Source: an uncultured Nitrosopumilales archaeon (lineage in GTDB: Archaea > Thermoproteota > Nitrososphaeria > Nitrososphaerales > Gagatemarchaeaceae). From it: 64,000 nucleotides of DNA. Both the position numbers and the translations under genes were made by a program. Shown piece after piece: positions 9,079-19,604 of this stretch. The stretch is from NCBI GenBank assembly GCA_964476175.1, contig CAYYYU010000059.1, forward strand, positions 1,088 to 65,087, given 5' to 3'. The notes under the pieces are model-generated. The model was not told the origin of the DNA and made no database searches. It saw nothing but the letters and a program-made list of their open reading frames with translations. Position 1 is the stretch's first letter; every line of letters begins with the position of its first letter.

Positions 9079-9086
9079 CGTTATAA
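9079..9086. promoter_or_regulatory. CGTTATAA TATA-like element, probably for the ArsR-like gene
   Basis: About 35 nt upstream of the minus-strand start at 9045. The same octamer recurs at 9155, and a related ACGTTTAATTA lies at about 6877 upstream of atpH. Confidence 0.3.
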
Positions 9087-9154
9087 TTCCTCGTTCGTGG
9101 ACAGGCCCTCGCCCGCGCCGAACGGGCGGTCTAGGCCAGTGGACAGTCTCTAAA

Positions 9155-9162
9155 CGTTATAA
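9155..9162 (+). promoter_or_regulatory. CGTTATAA TATA-like element for atpA-B-D
   Basis: Ends 35 nt upstream of the proposed TTG start at 9197. Confidence 0.3.
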
Positions 9163-9196
9163 GGCCCACAATTTCGAAGGTCGAGCAGGTTCTGTT

Positions 9197-12100
9197 TTGC
9201 CGGTCAAGGGAAAAATCGACTGGATTTCCGGGCCCGCGGTCAAGGCAAGCGGGATGAGTGCGGCTCGCATGTATGAAGTCACCCAGGTGGGAGAGGAGAA
9301 GCTGGTAGGGGAGGTCATCAAGCTGACCGGGGACGTCGCGTTCGTCCAGGTATACGAGTCGACAAGCGGTCTGCGCCCCGGAGAGCCTGTCATAGGCACC
9401 GGTCAACCGCTCTCCACGACCCTCGGCCCCGGCATGATTGGCACGATTTACGACGGCCTGCAACGACCGCTGGATGTGATAGCGAAGAAGGCCGGCTCGT
9501 TCATCACCAGGGGGGTCAGCGCGAATTCGATTCCGTTCGACAAAGAATGGGAGTTCGTCCCTTCCGTCAAGAAGGGGGATGAGGTCGAGGGCGGAACTGT
9601 CCTGGGAAGCGTGCAGGAGACTCCACTGATTGAACACAAGATCCTCGTCCCGCCCACCACGCCGAAAGCGAAGGTCAAGGACGTGGTCAAGACCGGGAAG
9701 TACAAGGTCGACGAAACCGTAGTCGTCGCCGAGGACAAGTCGGGGAAGAAACACGAGCTGATGCTTTACCACAAATGGCCGGTCAGGACCCCGCGGCCCA
9801 TCCGCGAAAGGCTCGACCCGGAGATCCCCCTGATCACTGGCCAGAGGGTGCTTGACTGCTTCTTCCCTATGTCGAAAGGGGGGACAGGGTCAATACCCGG
9901 GGCTTTCGGAACGGGGAAGTGCGTCCCCACAGGGACGCCCGTACTTCTGGCCGACGGGAGATTCCTCCCGATTGAGGAGGTCTACGGGAGGTTCGGCGGC
10001 AATCCAGTCGCCCAGGGTTCAGCGGACGAAGAGTTCCTCACTGCAGGGGGCGTCTCCGTCATCTCGTTCGACGGGTCGGGACTTGTCCCGCAGGAAATCT
10101 CTCACGTGTACAAGGGAAAGACCGACAGGCTCCTGAGAATCATCACGGCCAGCGGGCGGACGGCCACTGTCACCCCGGCCCACAAACTCGTCTATTTCCG
10201 GCCCGACGCAAGGTTCGAGGAACGCGCTTCAGCCCAGTTGGAAGTCGGGGATTTCATCGCTGCTCCCCGAAGAATCCCAATAGCTGGCTCTTTGCAGGAA
10301 ATCGACACTTACGCGATCGAAGCTCGCGTCGCCGAAAAGCACATTATTCAGGCCATGAAAGACACCATACGAAGGCTGGCAGCGCAGTACGGGTCAGTCA
10401 AGGCTGTTGCAGGCAAGCTAGGATTCTCAGTTGGGTTGGTGCGGGGGTATCTCAACGGTCCTAATCGTCCGACACCATCATTCGTTTCTAGACTCTATCG
10501 TCTGGCGGGGTTGGAGTTACCGGCGCTCTCCCTGCTCGCTGCCGAAAGCGGAGGGGCAACAGTTAGGGTTCCGAGAATCCTCGACGAAGATTTCGCGGAA
10601 CTCCTAGGGTTACTGCTTTCAGACGGGATGATAGCGGGCGGAGAGATACGCTTCTTCAACAACGACAAGGTCTTGCTGAAGAGGTTCGAATCACTCATGC
10701 GACTGCTCTTCGGGGTCGAGGTGACCTACGAGCGCTTCAGGACAGTCGATGGCGCGGCCGTCCACAGCATGGTCCTGATTAGGCTTCTGCGCCAGTTGGG
10801 GTTCCCTGAGAGGCGAAAGTCGCGGAACGCAACAATCCCCACTCTGATTCTAAGGTCCCCAGATAAAGTCCTGGCGGCTTTCATTCGAGGTTACTACCTT
10901 GGAGACGGGTCCTTCAGCGAGGGCATCATAGAGATAGGGACGGAGTCCAAACGGATGATTGAGGGATTGAGTTACTCTCTCAGCCGGCTAGGCGTGCTGT
11001 ACTCGATCATGTCGGGCAAGCGGGCTGGGAACAGGCTGATCGTCAGCAGCATCAAGGAGCTGAGGAATTTCCTGGAAGTAACCAGCCTCGACCAAACATT
11101 CGGGGAGCTCGGGAAAGTAGGGGGGATTCGCGAGCACGCTGCCAAGGAGTGGACCAGTCAGACAAGGGATTTGGTCCCGATTGACGCCAACCTCCTCCGG
11201 GCGAGTTTCAAGGGAAAGATAATCGAGAACTACGTAAGGGGAGGGGAGCGGCTCGGCAGCGCGAAATTCCAGGAGCTGGTGCAGCTGGGCGGCACGTCTG
11301 CAGGTGTCGCGAGAAGGCTGGCTGAGCTGGCGGAAGCTCTCCAATTCGTCTTCCTCGACAGGATTGAAATGATCGAAGTACTCGAAGGAGAGCAGACCGT
11401 CTACGACATAACTGTGCCCGACTTCCACAATTTCGTCGGGGGGCATCAACCGATGATACTTCACAATACGGTCTCCCTCCACAGCATCGCGAAGTACGCC
11501 GACGCCAAGGTCGTCTTCCACATCGGATGCGGCGAGAGAGGGAACGAGATGACAGAAGTCCTCGTGGAATTCCCCGAACTGATCGACCCACAGAGCGGCA
11601 GACCTCTGATGGAACGGACTGTCCTGGTGGCAAACGTAAGCAACATGCCTGTCGCTGCCAGGGAGGCGAGCATCTACACTGGGGTCACCATGGCCGAGTA
11701 CTACAGGGACATGGGCCTCGACACGGTACTCGTCGCGGATTCGACGAGTAGGTGGGCAGAGGCGCTCCGCGAGATCAGCGGAAGACTCGAGGAGATGCCC
11801 GCGGAGGAAGGCTATCCGTCTTATCTTGCGTCAAGGCTGGCCGAGTTCTACGAGCGGGCGGGAAGGGTCGACCTCATAGGCACCCCGTCGCGTACAGGCT
11901 CCATCACCCTGATCGGGGCTGTCTCCCCAGCAGGTGGGGACTTCACCGAGCCAGTGACCTCCCAGACAATAAGGTTCGTGAAGAACTTCTGGGCGCTGGA
12001 TGCCAGGCTCGCCTATTCCAGGCACTACCCGTCAATCAACTGGATGACGTCGTATTCGGGCTATACAGAATCCGTGAGCAAATGGTGGGGCGAAAGGGTT

Positions 12101-12532
12101 GCCAAAGACTGGTTCTCTGTCAGGGCCGAAGCCTACGGCATCCTGCAGAGGGAGGACGCGCTCAAGGAAATCGTCAGGCTCCTCGGTCCCGAGGCGCTCC
12201 CGGACGAGGAGAAACTGATACTCGATGTCGCGAGGATGATACAGATAGGGTTCCTACAGCAGAACGCCTACGACGACGTGGACGCCTACTGCAGCCCCCA
12301 GAAGCAGTACAGGATGATGAAGATGTTCGTTCAGTACCACCAGGAGGCGCTGAAAGCATTGCGTAACGGGGCCCCCCTGGCAAAGATCAGGGGGATGCAG
12401 GTCATCGCCCCGATGCTGAGGGCCAAGTTCGCGATAAAGAGCGAGGAACTCGACAAGCTGGACGCTCTCTCAAGACAGATGCTCGACGAATTCGCCTCCA
12501 TCAGCGGTCTCACGGAGGTCAGGGCTGCTTGA
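9197..12532 (+). CDS. atpA: A-type ATP synthase catalytic subunit A, interrupted by an intein
   Basis: Extein sequence '[27 protein letters not shown]', P-loop 'GAFGTGK|TV' split by the intein, and '[12 protein letters not shown]'. The track ORF begins at 8960, but that extension overlaps the divergent gene. TTG at 9197 gives a canonical N-terminus. The start is uncertain. Confidence 0.9.
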   Translation: MPVKGKIDWISGPAVKASGMSAARMYEVTQVGEEKLVGEVIKLTGDVAFVQVYESTSGLRPGEPVIGTGQPLSTTLGPGMIGTIYDGLQRPLDVIAKKAGSFITRGVSANSIPFDKEWEFVPSVKKGDEVEGGTVLGSVQETPLIEHKILVPPTTPKAKVKDVVKTGKYKVDETVVVAEDKSGKKHELMLYHKWPVRTPRPIRERLDPEIPLITGQRVLDCFFPMSKGGTGSIPGAFGTGKCVPTGTPVLLADGRFLPIEEVYGRFGGNPVAQGSADEEFLTAGGVSVISFDGSGLVPQEISHVYKGKTDRLLRIITASGRTATVTPAHKLVYFRPDARFEERASAQLEVGDFIAAPRRIPIAGSLQEIDTYAIEARVAEKHIIQAMKDTIRRLAAQYGSVKAVAGKLGFSVGLVRGYLNGPNRPTPSFVSRLYRLAGLELPALSLLAAESGGATVRVPRILDEDFAELLGLLLSDGMIAGGEIRFFNNDKVLLKRFESLMRLLFGVEVTYERFRTVDGAAVHSMVLIRLLRQLGFPERRKSRNATIPTLILRSPDKVLAAFIRGYYLGDGSFSEGIIEIGTESKRMIEGLSYSLSRLGVLYSIMSGKRAGNRLIVSSIKELRNFLEVTSLDQTFGELGKVGGIREHAAKEWTSQTRDLVPIDANLLRASFKGKIIENYVRGGERLGSAKFQELVQLGGTSAGVARRLAELAEALQFVFLDRIEMIEVLEGEQTVYDITVPDFHNFVGGHQPMILHNTVSLHSIAKYADAKVVFHIGCGERGNEMTEVLVEFPELIDPQSGRPLMERTVLVANVSNMPVAAREASIYTGVTMAEYYRDMGLDTVLVADSTSRWAEALREISGRLEEMPAEEGYPSYLASRLAEFYERAGRVDLIGTPSRTGSITLIGAVSPAGGDFTEPVTSQTIRFVKNFWALDARLAYSRHYPSINWMTSYSGYTESVSKWWGERVAKDWFSVRAEAYGILQREDALKEIVRLLGPEALPDEEKLILDVARMIQIGFLQQNAYDDVDAYCSPQKQYRMMKMFVQYHQEALKALRNGAPLAKIRGMQVIAPMLRAKFAIKSEELDKLDALSRQMLDEFASISGLTEVRAA
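9920..11467 (+). mobile_element. Intein (516 aa) with LAGLIDADG homing endonuclease in the AtpA P-loop
   Basis: Begins with Cys in 'GTGK|[13 protein letters not shown]' and ends 'PMILHN|T'. Endonuclease motifs '[11 protein letters not shown]' and '[12 protein letters not shown]'. Confidence 0.9.
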
Positions 12533-13941
12533 GCAAGTCCTCCTCTGGCTTGGAGTACAGCAAGGTCGCTGAGATCAGGGGGCCGCTACTGGTCGTCGAC
12601 GGGGTGGACAGGGCGGCCTTCGACGAGCTAGTCGAGATTGAAGACGGTTCCGGAAACAAGAGGCTGGCGAGGGTCCTTGAGACCGGTTACGGAAGGGCCG
12701 TCGTCCAAGTCTTCGAAGGGACCTCGGGGCTCTCGGTCAGCGGCACCAAGGCGCGGTTCCTCGGCCGGACGATGGAGCTCCCGGTCTCCGACCAGCTTCT
12801 GGGGAGGGTCTTCGATGGCCTCGGCCGGCCCCAGGACGGGCTCCCAGAGCCCATGGCGAAGAAGTTCCTCGACGTGAACGGTGCTCCCATCAACCCGGAG
12901 CGCAGGGACTACCCGACAGACCTCATCCAGACCGGAGTCTCCGTGATCGACGGCATGCTGACCCTCGTGAGGGGACAGAAGCTCCCGATCTTCTCCGGCG
13001 CCGGGATGCCTCACAACATGCTCGCGGCACAGGTCGCGAGGCAGGCCACAGTGGCGGGCGGGGGGGAAGAATTCGCAGTCGTCTTCGCGGCTGTAGGAGT
13101 CTCCCACAGCGAAGCCGCCTTCTTCCAGCGCACACTGGCCGAATCCGGCGCGATAAGGAGGAGCATCCTCTACCTTAACCTCGCGGACGACCCGGCGATT
13201 GAGAGGATCATCACCCCTCGTGTCGCCCTGACTGCTGCTGAGTACCTCGCCTTCGAGCTGGACATGCACGTCCTCGTGATAATAACAGACATAACGAACT
13301 ACGCGGAGGCGCTGAGAGAGATTTCGGCGGCCCGAGAGGAGGTTCCGGGGAGGAAGGGCTTCCCGGGATACCTCTACACCGACCTCGCCACCATCTACGA
13401 ACGCGCTGGGAGGCTCAAGGGGAAGAAAGGGAGCATCACCCAGATGCCGATTCTTTCGATGCCGAGCGACGACGTGACGCACCCCATCCCTGACCTCACC
13501 GGATACATCACCGAGGGGCAGGTCTTCCTCGGGAGGGAGCTCTTCAGGAAGGGTATCTACCCGCCGGTGTACGTCCTCTCTAGCCTCAGCAGGTTGATGG
13601 GCCCGGCTCTCGGGTACGTGATCAAGCAGGGGAAGGCGCGACCCGACCATCACCAGGTCGGCAACCAGCTCTACAACGCGTATGCCAGGGCGACAGAGCT
13701 CAGGGCTCTTGCCGAGATCGTCGGCAAGTCAGGCCTCACCAGCTCTGACCTGAAGTACCTCACCTTCGGCGACGCGTTCGAGAAGAACTACCTCAGCCAG
13801 GGTTATGACGAGAACCGCACCTTTGAGGACACCCTCCGTATAGCCTGGGAGACGCTTTCGATACTGCCGAAGAGCGAACTCACGAACATCAAGGAAGAGT
13901 TCATCGAGAAGCACTACGTGACTGAAAAGTCGGCTGGGTAG
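12529..13941 (+). CDS. atpB: A-type ATP synthase subunit B
   Basis: 470 aa. Full-length match to the family ('[10 protein letters not shown]', '[22 protein letters not shown]'). 4-nt overlap with atpA. Confidence 0.95.
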   Translation: MSKSSSGLEYSKVAEIRGPLLVVDGVDRAAFDELVEIEDGSGNKRLARVLETGYGRAVVQVFEGTSGLSVSGTKARFLGRTMELPVSDQLLGRVFDGLGRPQDGLPEPMAKKFLDVNGAPINPERRDYPTDLIQTGVSVIDGMLTLVRGQKLPIFSGAGMPHNMLAAQVARQATVAGGGEEFAVVFAAVGVSHSEAAFFQRTLAESGAIRRSILYLNLADDPAIERIITPRVALTAAEYLAFELDMHVLVIITDITNYAEALREISAAREEVPGRKGFPGYLYTDLATIYERAGRLKGKKGSITQMPILSMPSDDVTHPIPDLTGYITEGQVFLGRELFRKGIYPPVYVLSSLSRLMGPALGYVIKQGKARPDHHQVGNQLYNAYARATELRALAEIVGKSGLTSSDLKYLTFGDAFEKNYLSQGYDENRTFEDTLRIAWETLSILPKSELTNIKEEFIEKHYVTEKSAG

Positions 13942-13942
13942 A

Positions 13943-14584
13943 ATGTCCGTAGCATCCGGCTCCAACGTCCTCCCGACGAAGATCGAACTGATCGGGACAA
14001 GGAAGAGGCTCCAGACTGCGGTGAGGGTCAAGAAGGTCCTCGACGACAAGCGAGACGTCCTACTGAAACGACTCGACGAGATGATCCAGCAGGCAACCCA
14101 AGCCAGGGACCAGATTTCACAACCCCTCTCCGACGCGTACCTGGCCCTCTACGACGCCTATCTCAAGTTGGGCCCGCTCAGGCTAGAGGGGATTGCAGCA
14201 AACACCCCTCCTATGGTCGACGCAGTCGTCAACGTCAGGCGGATCGTCGACGTAGACGTGCCCTCCATCACCCTATCCGAGAACGAGGTCGGAATGACGT
14301 ATGGTTTCGCTGACACAAACGTGGCGGTCGACATGGCGTCGATGAAGATGCGCAAGGTCCTGCCTTCGATTTTCAAAGCCGCGGAATTCGAGAACGCCAT
14401 CTTCAGACTCGCGAAGGAGCTCGAACGGACCCAGCGGCTCCTCAACGCCCTGGAATACATGATCATTCCAAGGTACGAGACCTCCATCCGCTACATCCAG
14501 CAGACCCTTGAGGAGAGGGAGAGGGAGGAGTTCACAAGACTAAAGCATGTAAAGAAGGTCCTGGAGAGGAAGGCGGCGCAATGA
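13943..14584 (+). CDS. atpD: A-type ATP synthase subunit D
   Basis: 213 aa. 'VLPTKIELIGTRKRL' and 'LNALEYMIIPR'. Confidence 0.85.
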   Translation: MSVASGSNVLPTKIELIGTRKRLQTAVRVKKVLDDKRDVLLKRLDEMIQQATQARDQISQPLSDAYLALYDAYLKLGPLRLEGIAANTPPMVDAVVNVRRIVDVDVPSITLSENEVGMTYGFADTNVAVDMASMKMRKVLPSIFKAAEFENAIFRLAKELERTQRLLNALEYMIIPRYETSIRYIQQTLEEREREEFTRLKHVKKVLERKAAQ

Positions 14585-14718
14585 GCGGAGAGATAGTCGA
14601 GGAGCAGTTCAGTACGGTGGCAGAGCAGGTCGAGGAGACTCATAATCAATCGGTCGCAGACCTGAAAGCCAAGGTCACGAGAGCCAAGACCGAGGCGCTG
14701 AAGAAGGTCAGCTCTTAG
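14581..14718 (+). CDS. Possible 45-aa coiled-coil micro-ORF coupled to atpD
   Basis: ATG overlaps the atpD stop (ATGA). Sequence MSGEIVEEQFSTVAEQVEETHNQSVADLKAKVTRAKTEALKKVSS*. Below the track cutoff. Confidence 0.3.
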   Translation: MSGEIVEEQFSTVAEQVEETHNQSVADLKAKVTRAKTEALKKVSS

Positions 14719-14944
14719 CCCAGCTGCTCCTCGTCACCAGGGCCGTTATCACCCTCACGAGGATGGCTATTGAAACCAGGAACCCGACAGTCGAGAATAC
14801 GATGGCCAGAATGGTCTTCGAGTACCCCACAGCATCTCCGACATAGTACCCCAGGTAGACGCCAAGCAGGACCAGCGGCGCAATGACGAGTGGGGTGACG
14901 ACGATCACGGCAAGGACCGGGTTCCTCCTCTTCTGGTTGGCCAA
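14708..14944 (-). CDS. Small membrane protein (two predicted TM helices)
   Basis: 78 aa, strongly hydrophobic. Confidence 0.5.
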   Translation of the reverse strand: MANQKRRNPVLAVIVVTPLVIAPLVLLGVYLGYYVGDAVGYSKTILAIVFSTVGFLVSIAILVRVITALVTRSSWAKS

Positions 14945-15011
14945 CCCTGAGCTGCCACCGAGACGGCTGTTAAATCGGTTGTGAGGACCGGAGGTTCCCG
15001 GTCCCTATGGT

Positions 15012-18000
15012 CTACTCACACTTTGAATATCCGCAGTTGCCACAGCGATAGCACCCGTTCTCGAAGACCAACGCGCTCTCGTGGCAGTCGGGGCAGGTTG
15101 CACCCTGAGAGACGCGGTCTGTCCCCACAGTCTGCATGGGAGCGTCCGGCTCCTTCACCACGTGGTTGAGGGTCAGCAGCTCGAGGGCCTTCGCTATCGC
15201 GTCCGGTATGGACAGCAACTGGGTCCCCTCGTCCCACGAGACGTACTTCCCCTTGATCCCCTTCAGGGTCGAGATGACGCTCTGCGTGTCTCCTCCATGC
15301 TGCAGATATAGGCTGATCAGCCTCCCGAGCGCCTCCGCGTCCGCCTTTTCGTCCCCTCCCGACTTGCCGAGGGTGACGAACACCTCCTTGAGCTCGCCAT
15401 CGACGAGGTTCGCTGTCAGGTAGAGCCCGCCTTGGGGGAGCTTCAGCTTCAAGGTCCTCCCCTCCATCAACCTGGGCCTCTCGAAGTTCAGCTTGGGGGC
15501 GTCGGCCTTCTTCACCATCTTCTCGGTCTCCAAGATCCCCTCCCTGCTCCCCTCCCTGTAGACTGTGATGCCCTTGCAATTGTGCACAGTCACTCCGTTT
15601 ACGACATAGGAGTCAGCTCCTTCGACGGCGAAATTGTAGACTGGCTCAGAACTGAAGAAATCCGACTTCCCCTTTACTCTGTAGCAAAGGAACTCGCCCC
15701 ACGCTTTGCCTGTGTAGCCTATGTCGCCCTCTGTGATCTGATACAGACCTGATTTTCTTTGGCTGAGTCGCATCGTTAGACGCGACAATTGGGCTTGCGC
15801 CATGAAGACCTCCCTCCATAAGCGCTTGGAGAAAGTTACCCCTCCATTGGCTGTCCCGTCGCTGTCGCCAGAAGACCAGGCCTTGATTAGCGTCTCAAGG
15901 AGGTCGGGCGAGATTCTAGTGAACCACTCCGGGAGGTGCTTGTTCTGAGCCCCGCGTCCCACTTGCTGCGAAAGGAACTGACTAAAGACACGGCTCCCCC
16001 ACTGCAACCTCAGCGAAGTTCCACCAGAGCGAATGATTTCCCTTCTTGCTCTGAGCCCGAATTTCTCGAGGACAATCTTTTGCAGCCGGTCTGCGATGTC
16101 TCCTTCTTTGGGACTGAGGGTCATTCGAACGTACGAACGGCCGTCGAAGTGTCCTTCTGCAGTGAACCAACCGAGGAACCATACGAGATTTTCGTCTATC
16201 GGTACCACGTTCTTGATGCCGTTTGAGTGGGCGGCGATTACGGTTTTGCCCTTCTTCCATGGCAGGGTGCGATATGGAAATGCTGTTCCATCGCGGACCA
16301 GGCTGTCGACGTGGTCAGAAACTATGATGCTTTCGACCCTCTCGTTTTCGAATTTGAATCTCGGCTGTAAGACGTGATCGCCGACTTGGATATCCGCCAT
16401 CTTCAGCCAAGTCATTTGGTGCTCTTGATCTGCCCATGCCTTCTTCTGCCAACTTCTTGCTGTCGGGCGTAGAACAAGAACTGGGTGCTCTGCGGTTGCC
16501 ACAAGATCTTCCATGCCTTGGATGTCGAGCCTTACGAACCTCCGGGCCTCTGGAGGCAGTTGGTAGGTTTCAGTTACCCTGTGGTACTGGCCGTCATGGG
16601 AGAGGACTTCATCACCAGCCGAAATTTCCGAGATGTCTCTTAGGCCCGTCTTGGTATAAACATCATTGCCTTTCGTGAAGCATCCCATCCTCCAGGCCAT
16701 GAGGTAGATCTTCTCCACCTCTTCAGGGGTTATCCCTTGCGCCAGGTTGACGGTGCTCGAGATGGCAGTGTCGATGTGTTTCTGGATCGTGGCCTGCATC
16801 TTCACCCTCATCTCGGCCCTTATCTGGTGAGAAGTGACAAAATAGCTGGGGAGTTGCCCTTCGTCGGCCGACCCCGTCAGCTGCATGTATTCCTTGACCA
16901 GAGGGTGGAAGACCTTGAACTCCCCTTCGCTAAGGGACTTGCTCCTCCTCGTGTAGGAAAGGGCGAAGACCGGCTCTACCCCGCTCGAGCATCCGGCCAG
17001 AATCGAGCCCGAGCCCACCGGTGGGATTGTGGTTATCGCTGCGTTCCTGATCCCTTGAGTCCTGATCTTCTCTCTGACCTTTTCGTCGAGCCTCTTTATG
17101 AAGGGCTGCGCCAGGTGTTTTTCGGCGTCGAAGGCGGGGAAGCTCCCCTTCTCCTTCGCGAGGTCGGTCGAGTAGTCGTAGATGATGTTCTTGATCCTCT
17201 CGAACAGGTGGTCGACGTACCCCATGGTCGAATCGTCGTCGTACTTGAGGCCCAGCTTGATCAGCATGTCACCCAGGCCGGTTACTCCCACCCCGATCCT
17301 CCTGCTCCATAGCGACGCCTTCTTCTGCTGCGGCAACGGGTGCCTCTCGGCGTTGTAGTCGAGGACGTTGTCAAGGAACCTGACCGCGAACTGGCACGCC
17401 TGCGTGAGAGAGACCTCGTCTATGCTCGCCCTTTCAGTGAAAGGCTCTTTGACGAACGCGCTCAGGTTCACCGAGCCGAGGCAGCAACACCCGTAACTCT
17501 CCAGAGTCTGCTCGCTGCACGGGTTGACCCCCTCCACCTCCATCCCGTTGTATTCGGTTGTCGATTCCCTCTTCATCGTATCCCAGAAGATGACCCCCGG
17601 CTCCGCCGACTCCCAAGCGCCCCTGACCAGCGACTTCCAGACGTCTCTGGCCCTGACCGTCTTCATTATCTCGGCCTTCTCGTTCTTGAACCGGAGAAGG
17701 AAGTCCCCGTCGGACTCGACCGCCCTCATGAAGTCGTCTGTGATCTTCACGGAGATGTTCGCATAGTTGACCTTCTTCAGGTCCCGCTTGACGTTGATGA
17801 AGTCGCCTATGTCCGGGTGGTCGACCCTCAGGGTTATCATGAGCGCCCCCCTCCTGCCGGCCTGGCCTATCGTCCCCGTCGTGGTGGACAGTAGCTCCAT
17901 GAAAGAGACTGACCCAGAGCTGTAGATCGCCGAGTTGTTGACCGGGGCCCCTTTCGGCCTCAGGACTGAAATGTCTGTCCCTACCCCTCCTCCAAAGCTG

Positions 18001-19472
18001 TAGGTCCTTGCCGCCTCCTTGCACCAATCAAAGATCGCTTCGATGGAGTCTTCCCTTATCTTGAAGAAGTAACAGTTTCCTGTCAGGATGCCGTTGCCCA
18101 CGGTGAAGGTGTGCGTAACAGGTTCCGTACAGCAGTAGACTGTCCTTTCTTCATTGAGGGGTATCACCTCCTTCACAGAGATGTGGTCTCCCACCTTGCG
18201 TGTTATCCGCCTCTTGGAGAACTTCAGTTTGTGGTCACTCCTGAGCAGGTCAGCCTCTGTCAGTGAGAATTTCGATATGTTAAAGCGGTAGAGGGAACTC
18301 GGCCGCCCACTGTAGGGATTCAATTCCCTTGACTTGAAGAGCCGGTTTGGAAACATTCCCACCCTTGCGGCTTGCTCTCTGATTGTCTTCAGATTGCTCA
18401 AGCCCGCTTGATCAATGCCGACTTGGCCGTTGGATGTGCAGTGCCCATCAGTTGCTATTAGACCGGATATGAATCCGTACCAGTAGGAGGCTGACATCTT
18501 GGATGACGGAATTGCCTTGAGGTTGAATTGAGACCTGATTCCTCCGACGAATAGCGCACCCTTGAGTGTCGGGTTGTCGCCGGAATATTCGACAACATGT
18601 CCGTAATCCTTGAGGTAAGACACGAGTTCTCGCTGGTCTCCGAACAGGTAAACTGCGTATGTCGTGGCCGCTCGATTCTTTTGGCCATCGCCGAAGATGA
18701 CCCCATGAACTACTCCATCACGGTAGTCCTGGTTGAGTTCGGGTCTCTCAGGTAGCGAAATGAGAAGTAGCTTTCCTCTGAGGTTCGTGGTAGTAACCTT
18801 GGATGGTCTCTGCTTCTTGCGATAGAAGACGGGCCATTCGTGATTTGCGGTAGCTATGAATTCGTCTCCGTTCCTGAGGACTACTCTGAATACCTCCTGT
18901 TTGCCGTATGGCTTGAAGACGACGGGCTTCCACCCTTCCCTCGTAAGCACTTCAACTTGCATGCCGACGACGTCTCTAATCTTGACCTTGCTGACACTCA
19001 CCATGGCCTGGGTGCTTACCGCAACTAGCGAGTTGTTGAAGCCAAGGGTCTTCCTTTCTGTCTCAACTGTCTGCCTGACCAGGACTTCCGTGTCTCCGTC
19101 TAAGCAGTTGAGGAGCGTCGACTTCCTGGATTGCCCTGCGCCGAACAGGATTCTGCCCCCAGGGACGAACCTGTAGTCCTGAAGCAGCCAGTAGAACTTC
19201 GTCGCCCATTCCTTCTTTTTCTCAGGGTCCTTCTCTGGCGAGGCGAGCTCCGTCGCCACCCTGCGCCAGAGCTCATCAGGCGTCTTCTCGACCTGTCTGC
19301 CTGACTGGTCCCTCAGTGCGTATTTTTCATAGAAGACTCTCGCACGCAGTTCATCTCCTCCGAACGCTGCAAGAGACTCCGGCGGAAGTTTGATCTCTCC
19401 CTGTTCCTCTGCATCCGCAGAATCACGTGGATTCTCAACAATTGACGTCATAATCCTTAGCCTCGAAGCCAT
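15012..19472 (-). CDS. nrdJ: Class II (adenosylcobalamin-dependent) ribonucleotide reductase carrying two inteins
   Basis: 1486 aa. Extein about 774 aa with 'TLLN|CYFF', 'NPCSEQTLESYGCCCLGSVNL', 'AWRMG|CKGITVYREGSR' and a C-terminal CxxC...CxxC ribbon. The real start may be Met8. Confidence 0.9.
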   Translation of the reverse strand: MASRLRIMTSIVENPRDSADAEEQGEIKLPPESLAAFGGDELRARVFYEKYALRDQSGRQVEKTPDELWRRVATELASPEKDPEKKKEWATKFYWLLQDYRFVPGGRILFGAGQSRKSTLLNCLDGDTEVLVRQTVETERKTLGFNNSLVAVSTQAMVSVSKVKIRDVVGMQVEVLTREGWKPVVFKPYGKQEVFRVVLRNGDEFIATANHEWPVFYRKKQRPSKVTTTNLRGKLLLISLPERPELNQDYRDGVVHGVIFGDGQKNRAATTYAVYLFGDQRELVSYLKDYGHVVEYSGDNPTLKGALFVGGIRSQFNLKAIPSSKMSASYWYGFISGLIATDGHCTSNGQVGIDQAGLSNLKTIREQAARVGMFPNRLFKSRELNPYSGRPSSLYRFNISKFSLTEADLLRSDHKLKFSKRRITRKVGDHISVKEVIPLNEERTVYCCTEPVTHTFTVGNGILTGNCYFFKIREDSIEAIFDWCKEAARTYSFGGGVGTDISVLRPKGAPVNNSAIYSSGSVSFMELLSTTTGTIGQAGRRGALMITLRVDHPDIGDFINVKRDLKKVNYANISVKITDDFMRAVESDGDFLLRFKNEKAEIMKTVRARDVWKSLVRGAWESAEPGVIFWDTMKRESTTEYNGMEVEGVNPCSEQTLESYGCCCLGSVNLSAFVKEPFTERASIDEVSLTQACQFAVRFLDNVLDYNAERHPLPQQKKASLWSRRIGVGVTGLGDMLIKLGLKYDDDSTMGYVDHLFERIKNIIYDYSTDLAKEKGSFPAFDAEKHLAQPFIKRLDEKVREKIRTQGIRNAAITTIPPVGSGSILAGCSSGVEPVFALSYTRRSKSLSEGEFKVFHPLVKEYMQLTGSADEGQLPSYFVTSHQIRAEMRVKMQATIQKHIDTAISSTVNLAQGITPEEVEKIYLMAWRMGCFTKGNDVYTKTGLRDISEISAGDEVLSHDGQYHRVTETYQLPPEARRFVRLDIQGMEDLVATAEHPVLVLRPTARSWQKKAWADQEHQMTWLKMADIQVGDHVLQPRFKFENERVESIIVSDHVDSLVRDGTAFPYRTLPWKKGKTVIAAHSNGIKNVVPIDENLVWFLGWFTAEGHFDGRSYVRMTLSPKEGDIADRLQKIVLEKFGLRARREIIRSGGTSLRLQWGSRVFSQFLSQQVGRGAQNKHLPEWFTRISPDLLETLIKAWSSGDSDGTANGGVTFSKRLWREVFMAQAQLSRLTMRLSQRKSGLYQITEGDIGYTGKAWGEFLCYRVKGKSDFFSSEPVYNFAVEGADSYVVNGVTVHNCKGITVYREGSREGILETEKMVKKADAPKLNFERPRLMEGRTLKLKLPQGGLYLTANLVDGELKEVFVTLGKSGGDEKADAEALGRLISLYLQHGGDTQSVISTLKGIKGKYVSWDEGTQLLSIPDAIAKALELLTLNHVVKEPDAPMQTVGTDRVSQGATCPDCHESALVFENGCYRCGNCGYSKCE
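15579..16682 (-). mobile_element. RNR intein 2 (368 aa, aa 931-1298) with degenerate LAGLIDADG domain
   Basis: Starts 'RMG|CFTKGNDVYT' and ends 'NGVTVHN|CKG'. 'LGWFTAEGHF' is endonuclease-like. Confidence 0.85.
18075..19106 (-). mobile_element. RNR intein 1 (344 aa, aa 123-466) with LAGLIDADG endonuclease
   Basis: Starts 'LLN|CLDGDTEVLV' and ends 'ILTGN|CYFF' (terminal GN rather than HN). Motifs 'HGVIFGDGQ' and 'FISGLIATDGH'. Confidence 0.85.
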
Positions 19473-19604
19473 CCTCTACGATATATATTTCACTCTTGGC
19501 TAATTCCCTGTTGACAAATCTGGCGGATGGCCGAGGATTGGAGGCAACATGAAGCGTTCATCTGTGAACTCTTTTTGACAGGATGTAAAGGTAATTCACG
19601 CGGC

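Noticed and set aside
8960-9196. 79-codon N-terminal extension of the atpA ORF in the track
   Set aside because: The extension overlaps the divergent ArsR-like gene and its promoter and has no similarity to A subunits. The canonical N-terminus begins near TTG at 9197.
12628-13653. 341-aa ORF antisense to atpB, and similar long antisense ORFs (for example 35430-36125, 36622-37395, 54790-55659, 59259-59921, 62134-62901)
   Set aside because: They lie entirely inside strongly supported genes on the opposite strand. They are rich in Arg/Pro/Gly, as expected of shadow frames in GC-rich DNA, and have no motifs.
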